A model generated the notes under the pieces. That model was not told where the DNA came from, did not search any database, and was given only the letters and a program-made list of their open reading frames with translations. This document shows, one piece after another, positions 45,756 to 55,657 of a DNA stretch of 64,000 bases. The position numbers were made by a program, and so were the translations under genes. Position 1 is the first letter of the stretch. The number at the start of each line of letters is the position of its first letter. The stretch comes from a virus (Duplodnaviria > Heunggongvirae > Uroviricota > Caudoviricetes): IMG/VR virus record IMGVR_UViG_3300046499_000850; one strand, given 5' to 3'.

Positions 45756-47093
45756 ATCGGTACTTACCTGCGTATTGTAAGTCACGACGACTTGTGGGCT
45801 TCCCAGTCGCGTACTGACCCGATCATTATCAACGATTTCCAGGAATGCTCGGACAGCGCGCTCAAAGCGTTCAAAGAGAAGATCTTCACGCGGTACCAGC
45901 CCAATGACGTTCTAACCAACACCCCGCGCTGCCATTGCCCAACCGGCGAAGGTTTGCAAGGTCGCCGATTCCTCGGGGTGGTGTGCAACAACTGCAACAA
46001 ACCCGTGATGAACGTCCGGGAGCAAAAGCTGGAATCCCTCGTGTGGTTGAAGCAGCCGAAAGATGTCGCGAAGCTGATCAACCCAACCATCTGGACGATT
46101 CTGTCGAACCACTTCAAGAAAGGGCGGTTTAACGTCATCCACTGGTTGTGCGACACCAAGTATCCGGTGCCGGACAAACCCCCCAAGATCTTTGCGCAGT
46201 TGCAAACGATGGGGCTGGAACGCGAGCGGGGTTACAACAAGTTCGTTCAAAACTTCTTCCACACCGTTGATGACAAGACGGGTGAGATCATCGGCCCAGG
46301 GATCATTGAGAAGCTGCTGACCATCAGTGACTTCCGGAAGAAGAAGCAAGACAATCCGAACGAGGTCCATCACATTCTGAAGTTGTTGCAGATGAACCGT
46401 GAGAAGATCTTCTCGGAACGACTCGCCCTACCTAACAAAACCTTGTTGGTGGTCGAGGATACGGACATGGCGGTGTATGTCGACTCGAACGTACCGATTG
46501 CGATTGATGCGATCGAATCGTTGATCGGTCTCGACGACCCACTGAACAACTACAGTTCAACCATGCGCCAAAACCGGGTGGTGCGGGCTATCGCAAATCT
46601 GGCCACGTATTACCAAGAGTTCAACAAGAAGTCGTTCTCATCGAAGGAGGGCATTTCACGTAAACACCTAGCGGCAACCCGCTGCGACTGGTCGTTCCGT
46701 GCAGTGATTACTTCGCTGACGGCGGACCACTACCACCGCGAACTCCACATCCCGTGGGGCGTAGCCATGGGCTTACTGCGTTTACACCTAGCGAAGAAGC
46801 TCAAAGAACGTGGTTGGTTGCCCAACGAAGTGTGGCGGTTCTTGAACCGTTATGCGACGGAATTCAACCCATTGATTAACGAGTTGTTCATCGAACTGAT
46901 CAATGAATCGAAATGGGAAGTGGCACCAGACTCCGGTGTCAAGGGTCTGCCCACGATCTTCCAGCGTAACCCGAGTCTCGGCTTGGGCTCGATGCAGTTG
47001 TTCTACATCAGCAAGGTCAAGACTGATGCCGCCGACCAAACAGTATCACTCAGCATCTTAACAGTCAGAGGGTTCAATGCTGATTTCGACGGT
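45756..47093 (+). CDS. Non-virion RNA polymerase beta' N-terminal subunit (phiKZ gp55-like), exon 1
   Basis: Zn finger CHC...CNNC; RKHLAATRCDWSFRAVI; FQRNPSL; GFNADFDG at the exon end. Start inferred at ATC 45756 after a GAGGAG SD; the ORF caller starts at TTG 45792. Confidence 0.88.
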
Positions 47094-48611
47094 AAATACT
47101 CATCGCTGTCGTTAAACTTTCCTAACCGCGGGAAGTCCCTTAGAGTCTTTTCTACCAACCTGATCCAGAAATGTATCAGCGGCCGATGTAATGATCTCGG
47201 GTATGGTAACAACGAAAAGAATTGGGTAATCCGCCTCAAAGCTTCTAGAGCAGAAGTGCGATCAACGACCATCGAAACCGCCTAGCAATAGGACAAGGGA
47301 GTAGAGTAGGCTTACAAGTAGACGACTGTTCAATCGTCTATCCCAAGCGGGGGCCGAAACGGAAAGCATTCGAAAGAATGAAGATATGGTCTAGCCCGGC
47401 ATGAAAGTGTCGGTAATCATTGACTGGACATCAATGGTGCTGGTGTAGCGAACCAGTAGTTTCTATCGTTTTCGTATTGTAATAAACACAGAAAGGAAAC
47501 CCATGGAGATAAAACCTATTCCAGGAACACTCGGGTTTCTGGCAGATTCGGAAGGCGGCATCTACGACCAAGACATGGTCAAAAGAAACACCTACGCTAA
47601 TGGCGATAAATACGTTACCGTTAATTTAGAAGTTATTGAATTTGGTTTGAAGAAACAGATTACCGCCGGCGTTCATCGTCTGATTGCTTTCGCCTTTCAT
47701 GGTGAGCCCGTGGGAGAAAAAAATTACGTTAATCACCGAGACTTGAATCCTGCCAATAATCGAGCAGATAATGTCGAATGGGTTACTCCTTTGCAGAATA
47801 ACATCCACCTAAAAGTGATGAAGAAAGACAATCATCGCTTCTGCGTTGTAGGTGAGCGAATTAATCGCGATGCAAATACTCGACTAACTCAAGGTTTCAT
47901 GAGTGTGTGGGATGCAGAAGAGAAGACCGGTGTACCGCACTTGATGGTTTGGGATTCGATTAAAGACGAGAAACCTGTCGAAGGCTGGCGCTTTTCGTTT
48001 AAGAAGTACTCGGGTAGTATTCCGAAGGAACTTCAAAAAGAAAAGATCAAAGAACGTAAAGTAGATGACGGCAAAGTACCTATCAGAGGTGTGAAGTTCC
48101 GCAATATCGATACCGGTGAAGTGTTGGAGTTTGAATCATTCATCGCTGCCGGTAAACACTTCGATACGTATCCTAGTCATATCCACCAAGCGATCCCGTA
48201 TCGCGATGTGGTAAGGATTTTCAAAAAGCAATACCAAGTAGCTTACCTCGATCACGACTTCCAAGACATTACGGAAGCCGACATCGAGAAAGCGCGCGGG
48301 CATGGTAAGAAGCAAGTAGCGGCATGGCATCATAGCCGTGAGCAACTTTACCTGTACGAAAGTGCTGCGGAGTTTATTGCACACAGCAAACTTACCAGGC
48401 CAGTTGTGTTTTACGCTTTAGGTAAAAACAATCTTCGTCGTTTAGGGGATTGGACAGTAGTGTATTACGAAGAGCAGAACGTCAGTAAAATGTTAGATCA
48501 TGTCAAGGGGTCCAGCCCGGATGTGGTTTGAATACAACAACGATAGAAACGATAAAAGTTAACTGAAAATTTATCCGTTCAGTTAATACAATGAGTCCGT
48601 AAGGGCTCGCA
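47094..48611 (+). mobile_element. Group I intron inserted in the RNAP catalytic NADFDG|D motif
   Basis: P1: exon GACGGU pairs with GCUGUC (47105-47110), with a U-G at the splice site. P10: CUCAUC (47099-47104) pairs with exon 2 GAUGAG. P/Q: ccgcgggaa and aatccgc. P7: GACCA (47267-47271) with UGGUC (47387-47391) inside AAGAUAUGGUC. Splicing restores DFDGDEMN. Confidence 0.9.
47503..48531 (+). CDS. Intron-encoded HNH homing endonuclease (I-HmuI-like HNH plus NUMOD1-like repeats)
   Basis: VHRLIAFAF...VNHRDLNPANNRADNVEWVTPLQNNIH; AAAGGA SD; AT-rich; looped out by the stem gtttctatcgtt/aacgatagaaac. Confidence 0.9.
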   Translation: MEIKPIPGTLGFLADSEGGIYDQDMVKRNTYANGDKYVTVNLEVIEFGLKKQITAGVHRLIAFAFHGEPVGEKNYVNHRDLNPANNRADNVEWVTPLQNNIHLKVMKKDNHRFCVVGERINRDANTRLTQGFMSVWDAEEKTGVPHLMVWDSIKDEKPVEGWRFSFKKYSGSIPKELQKEKIKERKVDDGKVPIRGVKFRNIDTGEVLEFESFIAAGKHFDTYPSHIHQAIPYRDVVRIFKKQYQVAYLDHDFQDITEADIEKARGHGKKQVAAWHHSREQLYLYESAAEFIAHSKLTRPVVFYALGKNNLRRLGDWTVVYYEEQNVSKMLDHVKGSSPDVV

Positions 48612-48845
48612 GATGAGATGAACGGCACGCTGTTGATCGACGATTACATGGCCGAGCGTTTCGAAGCCATGGCGCCGTACCGCAGCGCGATGAGTACGTC
48701 AACCCCGCGTCAGTTGTCGGGTAACTTCTCGAAGACCAAACCGTGGACATCTACTGCAGCAAACTTCATCGAGGCGGCACCGAACTTACCGCCTGACCCA
48801 GTAATTCTGGAACGGATGAAGACGTTGTACATGGCGGCGGCGTAG
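48612..48845 (+). CDS. nvRNAP beta' N-terminal subunit, exon 2 (phiKZ gp56.1-like)
   Basis: GAT GAG ATG AAC... reads DEMNGTLLIDD in frame, completing NADFDGD. Confidence 0.85.
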   Translation, partial: DEMNGTLLIDDYMAERFEAMAPYRSAMSTSTPRQLSGNFSKTKPWTSTAANFIEAAPNLPPDPVILERMKTLYMAAA

Positions 48846-48875
48846 CGGTTGCAGTTTTACAAAAAGGAGAGCATT

Positions 48876-49115
48876 ATGGTAGCAATGGCATACGAAAGCG
48901 ATCGAAACGGCGATCCGTTTGACGGTATTCTGAAGCCGGAAGAATTCCAGCTCGGCGCAGATATCCGTACCGAGCACGTCTTTGACCCGCTCGTGACTGA
49001 AGACGGGTTGGTGAAAAGCGATTCACCCCCTCCAGGGTTCAAGCTCACCGATGTCTATGGTGGTTGCGGGGTCATCTGTAAAATCCATCCGGACGAAGAC
49101 AAGAAGGAGTCGTAA
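48876..49115 (+). CDS. Small acidic hypothetical protein
   Basis: AAGGAG SD before ATG 48876. Confidence 0.7.
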   Translation: MVAMAYESDRNGDPFDGILKPEEFQLGADIRTEHVFDPLVTEDGLVKSDSPPPGFKLTDVYGGCGVICKIHPDEDKKES

Positions 49116-49742
49116 ATGGCAACCGCGTTTTACGGTGGTGAGGCAGAGCTCAACCTCTTCACCGCAGGTGAGCCTCATCCGTCCATGTTGCAATATGTAC
49201 GTGAGCAAGCCCAAGTTATCGGTGGTTACATCCAGCGCACTGGTCACCAGTTCGCCCAGGGTGTGGTCGATGCGTATCAATCCTTTTACAGTGACGAAGC
49301 GATTCACCGTGCCCGCGTCGGGATCTCGCGTGTGAAGAGCTACTTCCAGGAGGACCGTATCGTCCAGCTGACGTCGATCTACGACATCCAGCAAGCCGCC
49401 CCGGTGATGCAGCGGTACATCATGGCTGAACCAAGTTTGGCCAAGATGTACGACCAAGGACGCTGCGAAGGCTATGGTTATACAAACCCGTTCCCGAACC
49501 AGTACGGGGACGACAACTATAACTACCGCCGCGTGATGAACGGCATGGTGCAGATGGTGCCTGGGGATGAAGATACACCGCATGGTTGGAAAGCGGAGAT
49601 CTACATCGAAGAACTCATGGAAGGTGATCGTGAACTGATTCTGCCAGAACAGGTTGCGGTCACGAATACGTGGAAGGCAGTGCGCTACGCATTGGCCCAC
49701 TCCATGAGTGATCCAACTTCCAAATCTGGCGAGATGCTATAA
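49116..49742 (+). CDS. Conserved Chimalliviridae protein (phiKZ gp59/Imp3-like position)
   Basis: AAGGAG SD; IQQAAPVMQRYIMAEP...EGY...NYRRVMNG...DPTS; function inferred from gene order only. Confidence 0.55.
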   Translation: MATAFYGGEAELNLFTAGEPHPSMLQYVREQAQVIGGYIQRTGHQFAQGVVDAYQSFYSDEAIHRARVGISRVKSYFQEDRIVQLTSIYDIQQAAPVMQRYIMAEPSLAKMYDQGRCEGYGYTNPFPNQYGDDNYNYRRVMNGMVQMVPGDEDTPHGWKAEIYIEELMEGDRELILPEQVAVTNTWKAVRYALAHSMSDPTSKSGEML

Positions 49743-49826
49743 AACGGCGCCCACTGCCCCTTTTCGGGGCGGTGGGCAGCTGTGATGGTATGTATCTTTT
49801 TTCTTTTGTCCTTGCCAGGAGTCTGT

Positions 49827-50249
49827 ATGAACCCCGTGAAACCCATTGGTACCCTCTCCGCCAAAGGCTATGTGCATTCGATCGTGGAGAAGACGGACCG
49901 CGTGATCGCTCACTTCTTCGCGTCCGATGCGCACCAAGATTACATCTACGAAGGTCAGATCGCCAACTGCGCGATTCTGCTGCAAGAATGCGGTAACAAC
50001 ATCCTGCAATTCCGTGAGCGCTTGCGCTCGGTGCTGGAGCGTTATCTGGAAAACCTGTATGACAGCGCCACCGTTCAAGTGTGGGACGATTCGGACACCA
50101 ACCTCTCGGACCGCGTTAATGTCAGCTTTGCGGTGCAAGTCACGCAAGGCGGCGAACGCTACGATGTGGCGAATTTGCTCACGCTCATCAACGGCAAATT
50201 TGAAAAAATTACGAAGCTTAATAATACAGGAAGTGCCGCTTATCTCTAA
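49827..50249 (+). CDS. Conserved hypothetical protein
   Basis: AGGAG SD before ATG 49827; begins PIGTLSAKGYV. Confidence 0.7.
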   Translation: MNPVKPIGTLSAKGYVHSIVEKTDRVIAHFFASDAHQDYIYEGQIANCAILLQECGNNILQFRERLRSVLERYLENLYDSATVQVWDDSDTNLSDRVNVSFAVQVTQGGERYDVANLLTLINGKFEKITKLNNTGSAAYL

Positions 50250-50262
50250 AAGGAAACATTGA

Positions 50263-50853
50263 ATGTCCCAGCAACCGATGGACCCGCTCACCGAGCGTTT
50301 GAACGATTTGATTCTGGATGTCGAAGCCCAGTTCACTACCGATGCCTCGAACCAAGCCGTGGTATCGGAAGTCTTGTTTGTAAATGTGTTCTTGCCGATG
50401 TTCGCTAGCGATGAGAACCCGCACCATAAGGCCACACCGGAAATGTGGATGAACTTGGCCCACGGCCCGTTCAACGAAGTCACGGTGTGCGATCAAGAAC
50501 ATCGCGTGTTGTTCCATGTTCCGCCTTTGGCCAGCCAAGACGCGATCAAGCCGCTTGACGGCACGGGTCCATCAGCCCGGATGCAAACCGTGACCGACAT
50601 GGTGCAAACCGCCCGCCTGTACGCGAATCGCGGACCGAACGTGCTGGAGCATTTCATCTTGCAAGAGATGGATCGCCGTTCCTTCATGTTCAACGAGAAA
50701 ACGATGAGCGCTGACCACATCCGCCGCTGGAATGAAATTTTCACCCGCTATAACCGCCCACTGTTGCCGGTTGCAGCGACGGCCGAACAAACCACTTCTA
50801 CCAATGCCACTAACCTCGCCCGAGACAGTACCGAGTTCGACGATCTTGGCTGA
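50263..50853 (+). CDS. Conserved hypothetical protein
   Basis: AAGGA SD; EVLFVNVFLPMF...GPFNEV...LFHVPPL...WNEIFTRY. Confidence 0.8.
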   Translation: MSQQPMDPLTERLNDLILDVEAQFTTDASNQAVVSEVLFVNVFLPMFASDENPHHKATPEMWMNLAHGPFNEVTVCDQEHRVLFHVPPLASQDAIKPLDGTGPSARMQTVTDMVQTARLYANRGPNVLEHFILQEMDRRSFMFNEKTMSADHIRRWNEIFTRYNRPLLPVAATAEQTTSTNATNLARDSTEFDDLG

Positions 50854-52057
50854 ATTCCCAGTTGCTGCATCCAGCCCACTCGTCTTGTCCCGTTTCAAGA
50901 CGGGTGGTTTTTACTACGCTGTCATCAGCGACATCCATCTCGGTCATAACCGTAACCCAGCTGCCAGGATCGTTGAAAACCTGTTTGCTGCGTTTCCTGA
51001 TAACCCTGACACCGCCAGCTTGGACGTGATCTTTATCGCTGGCGACGTGTTTGACAACATTCTGATGTTCAACGATGAAGACATTGATGCGATCAAGCAT
51101 TGGGTGAACGCATTGCTGCGTCTGTGTAAGAAACACAGCATCAAGCTACGTGTGTTGGAAGGTACGCCGCTGCATGACCGCGGCCAATCCAACTACTTCC
51201 CGATGGAAAACGAGATCGGTCTGGTTGGTGCAGATCTGAAGTACATCGAGAAAATCGATATCGAATACATAGCGGATCTGGATGTCCATGTGCTATATAT
51301 CCCCGATGAGCCACCTGGTGGTTCGGGACCAGCGTTACAAGAAGTCAAAGACCTGTTGCGTTCACGCGGGATCGAACAAGTAGATATCGCGATCATGCAC
51401 GGTTTGTTCCGGTTCCAGATCGATTTTGTGGATAGCTCGATTACCCACGATGAACAAGAGTACCTGAAACTCGTCAAGCACAACATCTCGATTGGGCACG
51501 ATCACACCCACAAGAGCTTCATGCAAGACGGCCACGGTATCTATGCGCAAGGATCGTTTGACCGTTTGGGGCACGGTTACGAGACGCCCAAAGGCCACAT
51601 GCGCTTTAAGTGGCAACCGGACGGGACGTGGGACATTCGCTTCGTCGAGAACGTCAACGCGATGAAGTTCGTTACCCTGAACTGCACCGGCAAAACACTC
51701 GAAGACACCTTTACTTATGTGGGACAAGAAACGGCGAAACTGCCGGACGGTTCCCATGTCCGCATTCTGGCGGAGAGTAACCACCCGGTCTTTTCTGGTA
51801 TGGAAGCCTTGATCCGGCTGGCACCACTCATGCACTGGAAGAAAGAACCAGTGCGTGACAAAGAGAAAGCCCTCGCCCCATTGGCCGAAGTCGATGCCAA
51901 ATACATCCCGATCAACATCACGCCTGAAAACATTGCTGGGTTGATTTTGAACCGCATTGCGAGTGATGGCGCCTCCGGAGAAGTCATCGACGCAGCCCAA
52001 GAAATCCTCGAAGAGTTATTTCCTTGGAAAGCAGCCATTAAAGAGGAGACTTACTAA
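50804..52057 (+). CDS. SbcD/Mre11-like metallophosphoesterase nuclease
   Basis: SDIHLGH, AGDVFD, LEGTPLHD, MHG, GHDH and QGSFDR motifs. Start is uncertain (ATG 50732 or 50804), overlapping the upstream gene. Confidence 0.85.
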   Translation: MPLTSPETVPSSTILAEFPVAASSPLVLSRFKTGGFYYAVISDIHLGHNRNPAARIVENLFAAFPDNPDTASLDVIFIAGDVFDNILMFNDEDIDAIKHWVNALLRLCKKHSIKLRVLEGTPLHDRGQSNYFPMENEIGLVGADLKYIEKIDIEYIADLDVHVLYIPDEPPGGSGPALQEVKDLLRSRGIEQVDIAIMHGLFRFQIDFVDSSITHDEQEYLKLVKHNISIGHDHTHKSFMQDGHGIYAQGSFDRLGHGYETPKGHMRFKWQPDGTWDIRFVENVNAMKFVTLNCTGKTLEDTFTYVGQETAKLPDGSHVRILAESNHPVFSGMEALIRLAPLMHWKKEPVRDKEKALAPLAEVDAKYIPINITPENIAGLILNRIASDGASGEVIDAAQEILEELFPWKAAIKEETY

Positions 52058-52923
52058 TGTCAGCCGAATATGAAGTACGGTATTCAAACACTGCGGATTC
52101 CCGCGCACTAGGATATTTCCAACTCTCAGTGGCCACGAGCCTCGCTATCGAATCGGCAGTCGGGATACATCCCGACTTGCCACGACCTACCACTATGCCC
52201 ATACGCCAATTTAAAGGTGTGTGGATCAACATGCGCACGCTCTACCGGAACATCGTGGGCGCTATGTCGAAAGACATCGCAGCGCAGATCTCGGCCGTGG
52301 AAATCGCCCAGATTCTGGACGAAGAAATGCATGTCATTCCGGACATGTTGCGCGAGTATGCTGGTTATCCTGTACCAGTAACGTATTACTTTAATAACAT
52401 GAATAAGTTGGAGCGCAAGTACCCGGAAGCGGAACTGCGCAAAGACAGCACCGACAAGCAGAAGCAATACAGCGACAAGCTGGGTGACGTCATGAAAGTC
52501 ATGTTGGCAGAGCGACGTGATCGGTTCAAGTTGTTTGATGATCAGTTGCCTGGTGAAGCGGTGAAAACACTGGTCATCACGCACATTGCGTATGATCTGC
52601 TGTCGTACAAGAACTTTGGGGAATTGGTGTTGCTGGAGTCTCATACCGGCAAGATCAAGAACCGAACACTTTGGTATTCGAAATACTACCAAGGTCGTGA
52701 CCTCGCGATGATACCTTTTACCGAGGAACTCTTGCAGGTCTTTGGCGATACCGAAACCTTCCATCCACTGGATAAGAAGTTACGGGAAGCTATTATTGAT
52801 GTAGCAACAAAACGCCACTGGCACTCATCCACGTCGCGTGACCGAATTGTGGACGGGATCAAGGAATTACCGAACCCCGCCCACGTACTCAAGATGAAGA
52901 AAATCTTCGGATTCCTCATCTAA
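52057..52923 (+). CDS. Conserved hypothetical protein (phiKZ gp66-like position)
   Basis: GAGGAG SD; INMRTLYRN, THIAYDLL, LLESHTGKIK, LLQVFGD; possibly nuclease-like. Confidence 0.65.
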   Translation: MSAEYEVRYSNTADSRALGYFQLSVATSLAIESAVGIHPDLPRPTTMPIRQFKGVWINMRTLYRNIVGAMSKDIAAQISAVEIAQILDEEMHVIPDMLREYAGYPVPVTYYFNNMNKLERKYPEAELRKDSTDKQKQYSDKLGDVMKVMLAERRDRFKLFDDQLPGEAVKTLVITHIAYDLLSYKNFGELVLLESHTGKIKNRTLWYSKYYQGRDLAMIPFTEELLQVFGDTETFHPLDKKLREAIIDVATKRHWHSSTSRDRIVDGIKELPNPAHVLKMKKIFGFLI

Positions 52924-52989
52924 CAGTGGAAAAATATCCAGTACCATTATTGGATGTAGACCGCAACCATTTCAATTTGGGAAAACAAA

Positions 52990-53799
52990 ATGGCATACAA
53001 CAACCAGGAAAAAGACAAACGCCCGAAGGCTCCCTTCGACCTCTTCCAGCTGACCCTGTGGGCGCCTTCGACGGCTCCTGGCAAATCGGCCATGTTCCTC
53101 GTCGACGTCGGTATCGACGGCAAAGTCAGCTTCACCGTGCGTACGGGCGACCCGGCCGACAAAGAGAAGGCCAAGGACGGCGACGTGATCCGCATGCGCA
53201 TGAGCCTGCTGGACTACGAGAAGTTCGTCCACCTGTTCGGTGACGTGCTGCGCGCCAAAGGTCCGATCAAGCGTGCCGCAGTCGAGCAAGTGTACTACAA
53301 GTTCAACAAGGACACCAAGCAGCGCGAGCGCATGGACACCCCGCGCGACGGCAACAAGCTGTTCATCAACAAGGACGCTGACGGCACCGTGTCGATCTCG
53401 CTGGTGCAGTACAACCGTACCAACATCGAGTTCGGCTTCCTGCCGCGCAACCCGGAAATCCTGTTCGCCAACGAAGACGGCCAGAAGTGGAGCGACGGTG
53501 AGATGTCGCTGTCGAACGCCCGCGCCTACCAGAAGATCCTGGCTGAACTGTTCACCCGCGTGATGGCCTCGACCACCCGCCAGCACCAAGTCCCAGACCT
53601 GTACCAACCGCCGTACGTCCCGCCCGCACAAGGTTCCGGTAGCGGTGGTGGTTACGGCAACAAGTCCGGCGGTGGCGGCAACAGCTACGGTAACAACCAG
53701 AACCGCAACAACGGTGGCGGCGGCGGCAACAGCAATGGCGGTGGCAACCGTGCGCCGATCCAGGCTGAAGACGATATGGAAGACGACATCCCGTATTAA
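52990..53799 (+). CDS. ChmC-like nucleic-acid-binding protein (phiKZ gp67 position) with G/N/S-rich tail
   Basis: Directly upstream of the gp68-like gene; strong codon bias; G/N/S-rich disordered C-terminus ending EDDMEDDIPY. Confidence 0.65.
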   Translation: MAYNNQEKDKRPKAPFDLFQLTLWAPSTAPGKSAMFLVDVGIDGKVSFTVRTGDPADKEKAKDGDVIRMRMSLLDYEKFVHLFGDVLRAKGPIKRAAVEQVYYKFNKDTKQRERMDTPRDGNKLFINKDADGTVSISLVQYNRTNIEFGFLPRNPEILFANEDGQKWSDGEMSLSNARAYQKILAELFTRVMASTTRQHQVPDLYQPPYVPPAQGSGSGGGYGNKSGGGGNSYGNNQNRNNGGGGGNSNGGGNRAPIQAEDDMEDDIPY

Positions 53800-53892
53800 T
53801 CAGCCAACCCATCGGGTGAAGTAGACTAAATAGCACCGCGCGGCTTTCGGGCCGCGTGGTCTATGCCTTCGAAACGACGATAATGCGGTGTT

Positions 53893-53925
53893 AAAATATT
53901 TCGGGCATATATCACTACGATGAGC
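53893..53925 (+). promoter_or_regulatory. Putative early promoter TATATCAC
   Basis: aaaatattt...TATATCAC (53908-53915)...TGAG, preceded by a hairpin + TATGCCTT (53835-53869). Confidence 0.7.
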
Positions 53926-53963
53926 AGTAAAACGTAGTACCTAATCAACAAAAAGGAGAGAAC

Positions 53964-55655
53964 GTGAGATTTAGGAAAGTGTCTGCAGCTTCCGACAAAA
54001 ATTCGAACGTTGTGATTGAACACGCCGGCCAGGAACTGACGTGGGATGTAAAGATTTTGGAGCGTGGTAACAAAAACGCCAACCGCAACAAAGACCCGTT
54101 GGGCGAAGAGAATCCGTACGTCGATCCCTTCGAACAACTCAACCAGTATTTCTATCAACTGCCAGTCCAGAAGCAAAACGAGCTGTTCGACATCTACAGC
54201 CAAATCCACCACATCCTGCAACCGCACGGGCACAATGACATCCAGGATCTGCGCAAACGAATTCCACCTCTCGTCAAGCGCATTTTCATGATCTGCCCGC
54301 CGGACAATGTGGCAAACTGGGTGCATGGTACGCCGAGCATTGTGTTCCCCGCCAACATCCGGGTCTACAAGACCCACGAAGAGTCGGCCCAACGTGGTGA
54401 GAACTTCGGTCTGCGCAATCGCCCTGCCGAAGCCACCTATCTGGAAAAGGATTACTGGGGTCTGATCGTTCTGGTGATGCTGTCGCGGATGCTGACGCCG
54501 ATTTGGGGTCGCTTCCTGGGCAACATCGATTCCACTGTCAACAACCATTACAAGGAGATCTATGCGCTGCGCCTCGCGACCAAGACTGCCTTGGTGGAAA
54601 CCGACGGCTGGAAGCGCTTGGAAAACTACATCAACATTTACCTGACGCCGGACAAGTTCAAGAACTCGGCCATGGAAGGTAGCGTCCCCAAGGAAGACGC
54701 GCAAATCCAAACCATGGCAATTCTGCTGGTACGGCGTTTGGCATGGGTCGATATCTCGGGCCGTGATCCGAACTTCTCGCTCGTGGGTCGGGTATACTCG
54801 TTCATCGAGCAGCATCTCGAAGGTGCTGACCGGGCGTACAACGAACGGGTCAAGCCGAAGATTCCGGACAACGGTGTGTCGGGCAATGACCAAGAAAATC
54901 GGGCATCGGTGTCGGAACTGATCAAGATCCGGGAGCCGTTTGCTGCTGGTGACTTGACGCTGCTGGAAGCCAGTGCCAGGTCTCCCGAGATGTTCATCGA
55001 GCGCATGCATCCGGAAATGCAGCCGGAAAGCTGGCTCGACCTCGGCATGAAAGCAGTTGAACCGCTGCGCCGCAACCCGCCGAAGCAATTCCAGTTCACG
55101 ATCCTGCAAAATGTGCTGGGTGCTGAATGCCGGCAACGCGATGGTGCGTGGGAAATCGATCCGCGTTTCCAAGATCGTTGGGATGCTATCTTCCCGCCAC
55201 GTGGTATCGATGAGATGAACCTCATCGAAGACCTGAACATGATGGCAGTTGGCGCAGCGTTGCTGTGCTACCGTGACTTCTACGACATCGCGGCCCTGAT
55301 GACAGCGTCACCGATGACCGACCGGGATGGCAATTCGACCGGCGGTAGCCCAGCCCCCATCGCTCTGACCGATGAGAACAAGAAGGCGTTAGACCAACAC
55401 TGGCCTTACGCCCAACGGCCCGCAGGTAAACTGCGTAACGATAACCCCAAAACGATCAAGCTGGTCAATCCCGCCAGCGCCCTGATCGATTCGATTTCCA
55501 ACAGTTTGGTGCATTACCAGTGGCTGCTCAACATCCCGACACCTTGGGTTAAAATGTTGGGTGACCACGAAGGCGGCCGTCGCTACACCGTCAAACCAAA
55601 TTTCCGTAACCGTTTTGCTGAACTCGCAATCAGCATTGCTACCAGGAGCTTTTAA
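53964..55655 (+). CDS. nvRNAP promoter-specificity subunit (phiKZ gp68-like)
   Basis: AAGGAG SD, GTG start, 563 aa. PFEQLNQYF...LFDIY and TYLEKDYWGL...PIWGRFL segments; position in the nvRNAP block. Confidence 0.7.
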   Translation: MRFRKVSAASDKNSNVVIEHAGQELTWDVKILERGNKNANRNKDPLGEENPYVDPFEQLNQYFYQLPVQKQNELFDIYSQIHHILQPHGHNDIQDLRKRIPPLVKRIFMICPPDNVANWVHGTPSIVFPANIRVYKTHEESAQRGENFGLRNRPAEATYLEKDYWGLIVLVMLSRMLTPIWGRFLGNIDSTVNNHYKEIYALRLATKTALVETDGWKRLENYINIYLTPDKFKNSAMEGSVPKEDAQIQTMAILLVRRLAWVDISGRDPNFSLVGRVYSFIEQHLEGADRAYNERVKPKIPDNGVSGNDQENRASVSELIKIREPFAAGDLTLLEASARSPEMFIERMHPEMQPESWLDLGMKAVEPLRRNPPKQFQFTILQNVLGAECRQRDGAWEIDPRFQDRWDAIFPPRGIDEMNLIEDLNMMAVGAALLCYRDFYDIAALMTASPMTDRDGNSTGGSPAPIALTDENKKALDQHWPYAQRPAGKLRNDNPKTIKLVNPASALIDSISNSLVHYQWLLNIPTPWVKMLGDHEGGRRYTVKPNFRNRFAELAISIATRSF

Positions 55656-55657
55656 TC

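Noticed and set aside
47094-47285. C-terminal extension KYSSLSLNF... of ORF 45792-47285
   Set aside because: This is read-through into the group I intron core. The real protein continues at 48612.
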